Below, in pieces: positions 15,229 through 28,100 of a DNA stretch of 64,000 nt (positions within the stretch are counted from its first letter, which is position 1; the number at the start of each line of letters is the position of its first letter). The notes beneath the pieces were generated by a model. That model worked only from the letters and a program-made list of their open reading frames with translations, searched no databases and was not told the origin of the DNA. Made by a program: the position numbers and the translations under genes. The stretch spans positions 6,448,001 through 6,512,000 of the forward strand of contig OZ176053.1 in NCBI GenBank assembly GCA_964247055.1, read 5' to 3'. This DNA is from Paragordius varius. Lineage: Eukaryota; Animalia; Nematomorpha.

Positions 15229-16032
15229 CGTTATAAGGAGGGTGGGTAGCTTTTAAAATTTATTAACGAAATAAATTATTTGGCACTTACATAAAAGGTT
15301 ATGAGAGTTGCTGGAATAACGCCAACAGCTAAATACATGGTAAGTTCGTATTGAGACCAAACTCTATAAATTAAAAATTGGTATGCCAAAAATAAAGTTT
15401 TATGTTATATAGCCAATTAAAAATATTAATTCGCTTTAAACAAGTAAACAATATGTATTGATAACTGACCAAAACTTTTAGAATTAAATATCTAGAGTTA
15501 ATAATCAAAAATTGGTAAAAATATTTCAAAAGCAAAGATATTGCCTTTCTTCCATTATGTGAGGCATTATGCAACCGCATAAAGCTGCCATCCATACCAA
15601 CGGAACGATAGATTTAGTAAGCGTATTACAACCTGGTATACTAAGCCTAAAATAAAATGGAAAAAAATAAACCATGGTGTATATGAAGCGGCTATAAATA
15701 TATAAATTATCACGCGATCACCATAGTGAAAAAATTTGCGTAGTTTTCTGTAATATATACATTAAGGTAATAAAAACTCTTTATTTCCCAAGTATGAATA
15801 ATAATGAAAGAGTGATGATATTAAAAATATTGCTATCATAGAAAGTCCATACAGCGTCAAGATTATTAACTGAGATTTTGAAAGATTTTTTAATTCAAAA
15901 AACCACCATATACTAGGTATTATGGGTATCTAAAATTCATAAAAAATATACTGCATGAGTAATTATATTGGCCAAATGTTCTTCTTTACTTGGTTGATAA
16001 GATGTACAGCATGATCCTTTTTCATTTTTCAT
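14265..16032 (-). CDS. MMD: Monocyte-to-macrophage differentiation factor-like (PAQR10/11, hemolysin-III family) multipass membrane protein, 234 aa
   Basis: Exons 16032-15952, 15929-15778, 15747-15673, 15646-15545, 15363-15291, 14486-14265 total 705 nt and are open. Motifs YQPSKEEHLANIITHA, LYGLSMIAIFLISSLFH, GDRVIIYIFIAASYTPWL, ELTMYLAVGVIPA, FFRSDGFIPYAHAIWHLFVVLG match the family (EHxANxxTH, DRxxIYxFIAASYxPW, SDGxIPxAHAIWHLFV). Confidence 0.93.
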
Positions 16033-16105
16033 CGCTTATAAAGCAATAAAAAAGAGCCTAAGAGAGCCAAAAATATTGAATAAATAACTTTCAAATGTGT
16101 CACAT

Positions 16106-19100
16106 ATGATAAGCAGCTACCGAAGTTTTATATCAGTATCAGTAACCTTACATATTTATATAATAATGTTTACGTCAAAAGATTTGAAAATGATATCAAA
16201 AGGTAAAGGCTACAATTTTTAGGGTTGTGTAATTTTGTCTTAAATTTAGGAAAAAATAAACACGACTGAATAGAATAGTTGATTTTGTAAATAATTATCA
16301 TAATTTGGCTGCAAAAATGTAATTAAAATTTTTAATTAAATAATTGTTTTTATTTGCCGCCAAGGTAAAATCTTTGGTAAAAATTTTCCGACATATTGTT
16401 ATACACTTTTTTATTGAGCTCAAAAAGCCGTGTATATATTTTAAATTTAAATATCCTAAATACATTTTAAGACATCAAATTATTTTAGCGTTAATCCTAA
16501 AATGAATTTGTAAAAAATATACTTTATTAACACTTAATTATTTGGGTAATTTTATATCCCAGAGCCATCGACAATTTAAATATCCTAAAATGTATTTAAG
16601 GAATTACGACGAATTTAAAAATATGATTTCTTTAGCTTTTTATGCGGATCAATTTTTTGAATAAAATGTATTATTGCAAAGATAACCTCGAATTTTTTGT
16701 CGCCTTGTTTTCATCTATTTTATAAATCGTCACTTGGATACAACATATTCATTTCAGTCCTAGATCGAATTTGGGGTAGTTGAATACCCCAGGCCTGTTT
16801 GAAATTAAAATCCTCAAAAAATATGGAAGGGATCGTAGTCATGGCAAAAGTTTGCACTAATATTGCAATGAACCAACATATAGAAAAAATTCATTTGAAT
16901 ATACCAGATAATACTTATTTTATGGTAAAACCTAAAGATAAATTTGACAACATAACATGTGTGCAAATGCTATATATAAAAATAACCTTTTGTTTATTCA
17001 AATGTTAAATGAGATATTGTTAATTAATTTTAGGCTTAGAATAAAAAAAAACACGATATTTTAACAAAATAATGTAAAATAAAAATGGCGTCCAAATAGG
17101 GTGTTACGAATATTTTTTAAAAAACTAAACTTTATTTCAATATTTCGGGTTATTCATGTAATCTTTATTAGGATAGAAGTATAAATTTAATTTAAAACCG
17201 TTTCGTTCAGCAGATCTTTTAAAATATTAACTTAAATATAATCTGAAGTATTACACAGTGCGCACAAAAAAAATTAACAAACAGGATTTTTAGCTAGAAT
17301 AATAAGAAATTCCTTGGGAAAGGAGACCCCAAAAATTTTGGGGCACAAATGCTCCCCAAAATGGATATTCCATTTTTTCATTTTTGACTAAAAATAGATT
17401 TTTGACCCTATTTATAAAACTTATTGAGCAAACATGATAAAACTTTTATATATTATATAAATATATTCTTAAGAAAAATACATAAAATTATTTTAAAGTA
17501 TCAATAATTTTATTTATTATACAAAAATAAAAAATTCGTAAATTTCATGACATTGTCAAAATATTTTATAAAAAAATTATTTGTAAGAACTCCATATTGT
17601 TATTATTATTTAAGTTTATGACTTATATATAACATACCAAAGAGTTGGTATATATAATAAAGGCTATGTATCCTTTTAAGTCCCTCAAAAAATTTGTGTT
17701 TTTTGAAAAATTTTCACGATTTTTGTTGCATTTTCCTCACATGCTTCTCACTGTTTCATAAATACAGTATCAGTATCAGTAATCCGCAATTTTCAAAGGC
17801 CAATACTGAAAAAAACCAATAAAACTTCAAGATTATCAAATTCCCTTTACTTGGGATAAAATTATATATATATTATTTCATAACATACTTAATAAATTCA
17901 ATTGCAAATTGAATAAAGATTATTTCTACTATATATATGGAAGGTATCATCGCCCTATAAATTTGATTAAAATAACTGAACAAATAATTACCTATTACAA
18001 CATGTATTTTACTGAGAAATTAGTTTACAAGGAAATATGAGCCCACAGCAAGGTAATTATACCAATTCCGGTGGAGGGCTATAGATCACGATGGAGAACG
18101 GTTCCATCAAACGCTCAAACATATAGAAAAAAACTATACTAGTTCCAATAGTTGGTGAATACTATTGGAATCATTTTATGACTAATATATTCATTGTGTA
18201 TAAATAAATTTAAATTCTTATATGTATTTGAAGTGTTGTTGTTGGGTTAGACTATCTTCTGAGTTGAAGCTTGTAGTATTATTTTCTCTGCGATCGAGAG
18301 CATCATTAATGTTTATATTTATTATTTGTTTGAGTGGATGATAGCTTTTCCATGTTTGTGTGATTCTATCTATGATAACCTCAGTTACGACACCGTTGGC
18401 AGTAATAATGTGACCTAGATGTTTGAATTCACAACTGTTTCATAATCAGATTCATTGTATATCGTATGTTTGGGAGTATTTAAAGAGATGTTGCAGGAGC
18501 AATTTTTGCAAACGAAGTTTGTATTTGACAATATCTTGATAAGACCGGAACATTTTTAATTTTAAATTTTGTAGAAATTTAATTAAATATTCCTATTGTA
18601 TAGAATGCTAAAAATTATATCGAATAAAAATAAATCCATTTATTATCAGTTTCTCAATATATATAATTGTAATAATTGTTTGATTTATAATTTGGCAATA
18701 GAGTTTCTGGAAGTAGATTATTTATAAATGTCAGAATAATTTTGGTGCAAGAAAAATTCTATATTATGATAAAAAGTCTTTAAATAAATTTATTATTTAT
18801 AGATTAAATAGTATATAAACATTTATCTAAAGTAATGTAATGGGAATTTCATAATCTTGAAGTTCTATTGGTTCATTCAGTATTCGTGTTTGAAAATTGG
18901 GGATTACTGGATTTATGAAACAGTGAGAAGCATGTGAGGAAAATGCAACAAAAATCGCGAAAATTTTTCAAAAAATACAAATTTTTTGAGGGACTTAAAA
19001 AGATACATAGCCTTTATTATATATATACCAACTCTTTGGGATGGTATATAAAAGTCATAAACTTAAATAATAATAACAATATGGAGTTCTTCCAAATAAT

Positions 19101-22100
19101 ATTTTTATAATATATTTTGACAATGTCATAAAATTTACGAATTTTTATGGAATAAAAATAATTATTGATACTTTAAAATAATTTTATGTATTTTTCTTAA
19201 GAATATATTTATATAATATATAAAAGTTTTATCATGTTTGCTCAATAAGTTTTAAAAATAGGGACAAAAATCTATTTCTAGTCAAAAATGAAAAAATGGA
19301 ATATTTCCATTTTGGGCCTTTTCCAGGGATTTATTATTCTAGATAAAAATCATGTTTGTTTATTTTTTTACCCCCCTTTTTTGCGCACAGTGTTAGATAC
19401 CCCAAAATTTGAATCGAAATGTAAATGCAAAAGGCAAATTAATGTATACTATAGTTAAATGTATGTGATTTACTTTAAGTATTCACCAGGCTAAATTTTA
19501 CAGCAAAAGATATATTTGATTTAATATCAGTTGTTATTTTCGAGCTGCCACACCCTAAGTCACAAAACTGTAAAAAATATATGCGTTTTCATCAAATATA
19601 TAAAAACAATGTTTGAAAATTAAATTTTAACTAGAATAGTATTCAAAACTGTAATTTATTTAGCTTTATATAAAACTACGTCTAAGGATAAGCTTGGACA
19701 AAAAAGTGAAAGGGTATTTAAAAGCTAACAAACTAGATATATATATTTTAATAAGCAATATGATATGTTATAATATTATTTTCTAATCATAAAATCTGAG
19801 ATTCAGCCCAAAATATTTTCTTCATTTAAAAATTTAAGAGGTTAATGAAGTATTTTTATATTCAGAGGTAACGGTTCCAAAGTTTATCATATGGATGCTA
19901 TTAGAGGGTAAGTAACACATGTTTTACACCTTATACCTGTGGTTTTTATTAGTTACCTGTGTTTTAGGTTTGATATATTATTTATTATTTAGGTTGCCCC
20001 AAAAATTGGATTAGAAACAAACAAAACTGCTATTTGTTTGTTTCGTCTCCAATAACCAACTGGACCGCTGCACATCAGGTTTGTAATGCTCTTGGTTCAA
20101 ACCTTTTGTCTGTCAACGATATTGCTGAACATAAATTTATTTCTGAATACCTGTATACTCATGATCCGGCTCTAAAAAATTGGCTAACTAGTGGAATTAA
20201 GATTCGTGATCAAAGGTAATATAGATGTCTATATACATAGTTGGATATGGACAAGCGACCATCTCCCTTTATCATTTGATTCCGGTTGGAATTCAGAAAA
20301 AGATGCATATGATAAAAAATCAGAAATGGCTAGCCATTTCATTATTAAGCGTGATATACTAAATGATCTCAATTTTAACAACATGTCATTCGGTTCTCAT
20401 AATAACTTAAATTTCATGGACAATAGGTGGAAAAATATTCTTGATGATTATGCAACAGAACTTTTGATATATAAATACAGTTTTAAGGATGGATCCTATA
20501 GATGGAATACAACAAAACTTAGAGATCAAACTAATCAACAAAGTTTCAAGGCATCCTTTATTTGTGAAACAAATTTTGATGCGCAAATATTGGTGAACGC
20601 AAACCTAAATTCATTTATTTCGCTGTACTCTACGGAAAGTAAATTTTATTAAATGCAAAATTTTAACTAAGTATATATCGGGATTGTTCTTTTGCCTCGA
20701 TTATAGGGTAATAAGTAATGGACGTAGGTTTTTCGATATGTTTTAACTAAATTTTTTATTATGAAAACTTTATTGATTTGAAAATTTACAATGTAATTGA
20801 TTTAAATGATTTTATAATTTAAAAAAGTATGTTTTGTTGATTTCGAATAACATTGATTAAATTAGGTCGATTCCAAATTATGATATGGAAAATTTAATAT
20901 TACACGTGTAAACGAATCGGGGAAAATAAGTTGTTTGAAACATTTTGCCCATATGCGAATAATATTGAATTATATTATTTTTTCATATTACCTCCTTTAA
21001 CAAAAAATTTAAATCCAAATTATTTAAAATGCTATTTAATGAATTGTTATAATTTATGACAATTTATTATTTGATTAATGAATAAAACTAATTTATAAAT
21101 TTAAATAATAACGATGGAAAATAAATACAAAACCTCGGAAACTTTTTAATTTAAATTGAAATAACATTCTATTTTTACAAATATCATATATTAAAGTGTG
21201 AAAATCTAATTGAATAATAGAGCATGTTTTTTAAATAATTGATGTTTAAATATCTTTTACTGCTATTTTGTTAATAAAAAACACCGTATAATAATAATAT
21301 AAATAATAATATATATTTAAAAGATAATTAATTTTCTGTAAAATTAAATTATATATTACTATGCAATGATTGAATAATTTTAAATGTAATGTTATAAACA
21401 TTTCATTTCTATTAATTAATTTAATTTAACTTTTTAATTATAATTTTTTTCTATTAGATTTTTATCAAAATTCCGAAATGGGACCGATTATAGACATTCA
21501 ACCTTCAGATACCACTTGGGAAATTAAACCGCCCCATGACACATTATTAATCGAATCTATTGACAGGTTTTAATATATGTTTGAAAAGGCAAATGAATTT
21601 TAGTCGAATAGTGTAATGAAATAGCAAGAAATGGTCGAACTCATAAAATGTCGTGTATCTTATTTTTGCATGACAAAATGTTAATAAGAGGTTATTCAAA
21701 AATATTGAATTTTTTAGATTCTTTAATTAATATAGGTTGGCATTTAAATTAAACTCAAAATGAAAAAGTTGCATGTTAGAAACGATAAGCTTAAATAAAT
21801 TATAACCATAAAGGTTAATAAACAAAAATTGCAATCCATTTCAAAAAACAGCATATGTAAATTACAACATTATAAATGTAACATAATTATTGTTCCATCT
21901 TAATAACTAGGCGTGTACAATTACGATGCCATGCAAAAGCGAATCCCAATCCAATTTACACCTGGTTCAAAAACGATGTCCCTATCATAACAACTGCACG
22001 TGAACCAATCTCTTTTTTGGAGGAATTACAGGGTCATCATAAATCCATGCATGGCCAATCTTCTCAGGCTTCATCCTATTTGTTTGGTGTTGGACAAGCA

Positions 22101-25100
22101 TCAAATTATGAAAACTCTCAAGGACACCTGGGGCAACATGTGTGGAATCCTGCTTTGACACAAAATATCAATAATTTCGATGAAAAGGGTTATGATAGGT
22201 AGCCCTATATCTATATTTTTATAACATAGGGATTCATATGTGATTCCGAATGACATAAATTAAAGTTGACTAAACGTGTGAATTTAATAAAAATCGTAAG
22301 TTTTGCCAACCTTATTTTTCATATATCTTATCAACATGCATTTACATAGTCTCTTACTTCTGATTAAGGGTAGATACTAACATTGTATTATGCAATAAAT
22401 ATTTTTTAATGTGATCGTATTTTCTTTGGAGATTGAAGTGTGAGTTTAGAGAAATTATATATCTTATCTTGTTTTAAACATGGTCGAGTTAATTTTTCTG
22501 CTAGCAAATTGATATTAATATTGGTTTTTAACATTTTAATTGTAGATTATCATTAACAAATGGAATATTAGACATTTTTGATCCATCTACCATCGATCAA
22601 GGTGTATATCATTGCGCCGCAACCAATAAATTTGGCACCTCCATAAGCAGCAAAGCTCGATTATCGTTTGGGTGTAAGTTTTTTTAATTGTGTTTTATAT
22701 TAAGCAGACACTTTAAGGGGTGTTTAAAAATCATATAAATGGTATATGTTAATCGTAATTATATTTTACAAAGCTAATTTCTTTAAATTTATATTCTCCA
22801 GATTTTATGGCTGTAGTTTCAGTAGCTATGTGTATTTCCTTGTATTTTTTAATATTCCCATAGTTACACTTGTAATTTACAAAATATAAGTAGAATACAT
22901 ATAGCAATACATTTTCAAATTTTTAATAGTGAGTTCAAAAACATATAAAATTAACCAAATGCATATTTAAATTACTCGTAATCTTTAGTTTTTTTTCAAA
23001 ATTATATGGAATGCCATATTTTAGATATAAAAGATTTCAAGCCCGAAGCTTTACCTATTAAGGGGTTTGTCAGATCAAACGCTATCATTCCCTGCCAAGC
23101 ACCAGAAGCATATCCTGGTATATTTACAAAAACGTTTTTATATCTTTCCAATTATTATATCCATTGTATGTATAATATTTTAGATGTAAACTTTTTTTGG
23201 TTCAAAGAACAATTACCGAATTTCGTTCCTTCCGATGCACGGATATTTCATTCATGGAAAGGCAATCTTTATTTTTCCACAGTAAAAAATTTTAAATTGA
23301 TTTTTATTATTAATAAGTTTATTTTTTAGTTATTTTCCAGTTAGATGCTTATAATTTAATTAGCTCATGTTGATTTTTGTCTGCCTTAGATGTGAGTTAT
23401 ATTCAAATTTTTTGTTAGATAAACTATATCATATTTATATTTTGACAGCTTGACATGTCTGATGATGGCAATTATATTTGCATGATAAAATCCAGTGTTT
23501 CCAAAGCGAGCACAAAAACTATTGGAAAAACTAGCAAAAATATTCGATTAACCGTATCCAATACATGTAAATATTTAATCAATTTAAATTAAAATACGTT
23601 TATACATATATGTTTTATTCAAAATTGTAATTATTACATTCAATAATTATTAAAAGTTCATATCGTTTTCTGATTTCTTTAGTTTTAAACAGTCGTCGCA
23701 AACCTGTGATTGAAATCGGATTTCCGGCAATTTTTCCAAGCAATCCTTTGATAGGGCAGGAAGTTAGAATTGAATGTGTGGCATATGCTGAGTATTATAT
23801 ATTAATAACAAATTATTTACATATTAATTTCTACATAATTTAAATTAAATTCATTAATATGAACTCTCTGCAAAAAATTGGGTAATATTAAGTTAAATAA
23901 GAAGAAAATCAAAGTAATAATCATCTAGCCGTTTTTTTAATGTGGCTCCCGGAGACAGGCGGTTGTATTCTACGCCTTTATAACAAGAATAGGGGACATG
24001 TCTTTATCTAGCCTTAAACGTGTTCGAAATTGCTAGTATTTGTCTGGTTAGTTTTTTGCGAAAAATGCGAATTTTACGTGAAATGGGACTCAAAACTGGA
24101 ACTAATTTTCAAAATCTGGTTTTTTCCTATATTTACAGGGAATAATGATCACACGGATTATTCAAAAGTTTGCTTGTATGATCGTGCAATCTTAGAGATT
24201 AAAATGATCTATATTTTGAATTTTAACCACACTTTTTTTAAACATTGCTCCTATAAATATATAATATAAAAATGGCTAACCACTCTCAACAATTTCTTTT
24301 AAAATAGGCTACATTTTTAACGTATAAATAAGAAATTTAATATTTTATATTACATTACAGTCCCATACCACGTTATAATTGGACCCGGGCTGGAAATTTA
24401 GCCCTTCCGCCTCAAGCAAGGCTGACAGATTTTAATCGGGTCCTTATAATACCGGCTGTCAGCTCAACTGATAACGGGAATTATCTTTGTAAGGCAAGTA
24501 ATCAGATTGGTGAAACGGAACAATCAGTCTATCTTAGCGTTTCTGGTATCTATTATATGAATTATGTTGACATTTTTTTAAAAAAATTTGTTTATCTCAT
24601 GCAATTTTACTAATATCGTCGAGATTAAAAGGTGTCGTATTAAGGCTTTTACATACACTTTTATATTTTGTGCTTTTATTTAAACCAAGGTATCCAACAC
24701 AAATGGCTTTGCGGGCCGATTTTTGACTCATAAATCCTGGCGGGCTACATTTGAAATATATATATGGCCCTTCATAAATATTTTATAAATTTCAAAGATA
24801 ATACTGCAAAATGCAATCACAACTCAACAAAGATTTTTTATTTATTGCCAATTTGATGACTTATTCGGGAAATTTGTTTGAGAAATATCATTTTTATTTA
24901 GATTTGTATGCATATTTTTGCAAATTTTTTAAATAACATAATAAACTAAAGTTTTATCAATTTATATAAATTGAGTTTTCATGAATAAATGGTTTAACAT
25001 ATTTCTATATCCTAAAGCCGCACCAATATTTACTCGACCATTGCAAGATCAAACCGTTAGTCCAGGATCCACGATTGTGTTGTATTGTGAAGCGTATGGG

Positions 25101-28100
25101 AACCCCGAAGTAAAATATCGCTGGTTTAAGAATGGTCAGCTTTTTTCGGGTGACAATAGCGGTCAAAATCTTAACAACGCATATGAAAATCCATCACCTT
25201 TTGATAGCCATTTATCTCAACGGATACGATTTTTACCCGACGAAGAGGAAAGAGATAAGGCTATACGGTGTGCTTTAATCATAATATTTTCATAGCTGAA
25301 AGGGCTAAAAAACACACATTAGTTAAGCTATAATAAATCTATTCTAAAGATATGTTAATATAATTTATAATTTTTTTACAATTTTGGCACACCACAAAAT
25401 GAGATATAAGAAATTAATATTTATTTTTTTGAGAAAAAAAGATCTTATTTCACCCTGTTTAAATTAAATATTTTTTTCCTTAGACATGGTTATGGTTATG
25501 TTACGCAATTTAAAATTGTTGAGATTCACAATGCGATGGAAAAGGATTCTGGTATGTATCAATGTGAGGCTTCTAATGGACACGGCACGCATTATTCTAC
25601 GGCTCAAGTTAGCGTGATAGGTATGTGTAACTTTTAATTTTATTTTTTTAATTTTATGTATATTTACCATTTTCAACTTAATTTTATGGATGAATGTGTG
25701 TGGTTTTTTGCAATATATGTTTATTTTTCATATAATTTTATTGTTTTTTATTAGCCACAAAACCTATGAGAATTCATAAAAGAGCATTAAACGTTGAAGA
25801 TAACGATTATAACCCTTACGATTTATCAATTGCACCCAAAATTATAGCGAGGGGAAGCAGTATAAACCTTTCATGTGACATGTTAATTGGATCTCCTACT
25901 CCAGAATATACTTGGTTAAACATATGTCCTTAGAGTTGTAAAAATAAATAATTTTAAGTATTTTTAATGTTGATGGTTATTTTGGAAATATTTTTATTTA
26001 ATTCATATATGTATATTTATGTACATTGTAAGTTGTATTATATTTTTAATTATATTTTTGTTATAATCGCATTCTCAATAATTTCCAATACATACATATA
26101 ACTTTCCCTTTTATTCAAAAAATAGAAAAAAAAACTGACAACTTTTTTATTTTTACCTATTCATATCCAGGTATTTAACGCGATTCGAAGAACATATGCC
26201 AACCACTGGAAACCGGCGGAAAGATAGGAAAGAATATCAGCGTTTAATGCTTAACCCCTATCGATTTTTTATGTCATATGCCATGAGTCTTGCTATAGAC
26301 CCCTCTACAATTCTAACAACACCCCAAAAAACGGTTAAAATTACAGCTGATAATCGAAAGTATTATAATGATCATAATATTAATAATAATAATTATGACA
26401 ATGAACAAAAATATGTATCAAATCGATTACTGCAAATTCGGAAAGCGGAAATCGAAGATTCTGGCATTTACACTTGTTTAGCGCAAAATGAGAAGGGCTC
26501 AACCTATTTTAGCTATCGTATTATAGTTGCCCGTATATTTAATTTTTATTATAGCTTATAAGAGAATAGATAAATCATAAAATCGGATTTTTTTAAAATA
26601 AACTCCTTTTATTGTGTAAATGCTGGTTTTCCCTAAATTTTACGAGATAGCATTATAGTAAAGAGCAATATTGTTGGCCAAAACTTTGTATATGGAAAAA
26701 ATGATTTGCTTTTTTCCTTTTAGTTAATTTAATTTCTCTTTTTAACTCCCTGTATGGCAATATTCAATAAAAAATTTATCTTACAACAATTTTTAAAATT
26801 CAATTTTAGGTTCAACATCTATTGTAAGACATCCATTGTCCCTATCGGTTCGTCCTGAATCCCTTAAGCCTCGCTCGAAAAAGCTTTTTGAAACACACAA
26901 AAATATAACTTTGGAATGTCAGGCATCAGTGGAACCTGGTATTGAGATATCTTTCATTTGGTTACATAATGGGATTGATATTGATACTCAACAAAATTTT
27001 ATGAGTGGAAGTCAAAAAGAACAACAAAAAACTTGGTTGAAGAATGATTATCGTCCTTTAAGATTTGTTAAAGTAATAAGATCTATCGTAAATATAATAG
27101 ATTTATTAGCGTATTTTTATGGTAATATGCGTTTATAACGATTTATCAAATTTTAATGTTGATTTTTTTTCGAAAATAAATAATGTGTATGTATATTTCT
27201 GTTTATAACAAAATATTATTGTTAATCATCTCATGGTACAGTTTTACCGGCCTATTAAGATATAATATTTTTTGTTGCGCATATATTATTTCTACTTAGA
27301 CTAAACCACGAGGGAAAGATGATGTAAGCCAGTTAATTTTAGTGAATGTAGATTCGGATCACAGTGGCGTTTACATATGTATTGCGAAAACTGCTTATGA
27401 CGAAGTACACAGTGTGCCTGCTGAAGTTTTAGTTCCGGGTAATATTTATTGAGTCTGCTAAAATAAGCAGCTAATACTTTTTTGTCTTAAAATTTTTGTA
27501 CCCTTAATTTGTAAAGTCAAAACTCTTTTTTCTATTGACTAGTTTTGAAGTTGGTCCATTTTTACTATGAATGATAGTAAAATTGATTTTCTATTTATTC
27601 CTTATATTTTTAAATAGATTTAAAACTTTACGTGATGTTTATGTGGCAAAAAATCTTTTATATGTCGGTTTTTTTCCTACAATAAAAGTTTTTAGCATTA
27701 TCTTGTGGACAATGATAAAACTAGTATTTTTTTAGCATAAAAATACGATTTTTAATTGATAAATATGTTTATACGTATTTGTAATTAGGTCCCCCATCTG
27801 CTCCTTCAACGGTGAGTGTTAGCGATATCTCAACAAATTCAGCAACCCTTAAATGGGTTAATGGTGGAGATAATGGTTCACCCATAACGGAATATGTCAT
27901 ACAAGCCAGAACTAAATATCGAGATTGGTATACGCTAAGCAAGGGTATTTACATTTATATTAAGTTCTGCATGATTTCGGAGTCGAGTTCCGGTCAAAAA
28001 AGCATTTGTTTCTGTGATGGTTTTTAAAAATGATCTGTTAAACAACATTTTGACTTTTATTTTGGTATTTCAAATATTTTGATTGACAATGTATGTTTTA

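Larger units (their letters stand above)
16731..19421. mobile_element. piggyBac-like MITE copy split by an inserted element (16731-17253 plus 19393-19421)
   Basis: Same left end and body as 8912-9484. The right-end motif is rebuilt across the insertion: CTGAAGTA-TTA-GATACCCCAAAATTTGAATCGAAATG. TTAA flanks have decayed. Confidence 0.75.

Noticed and set aside
23870-24800. Small GC-richer patches in contactin introns as discrete MITEs
   Set aside because: They look like TE scraps (GCGGGCCG motifs), but no paired TIRs or TSD could be shown.
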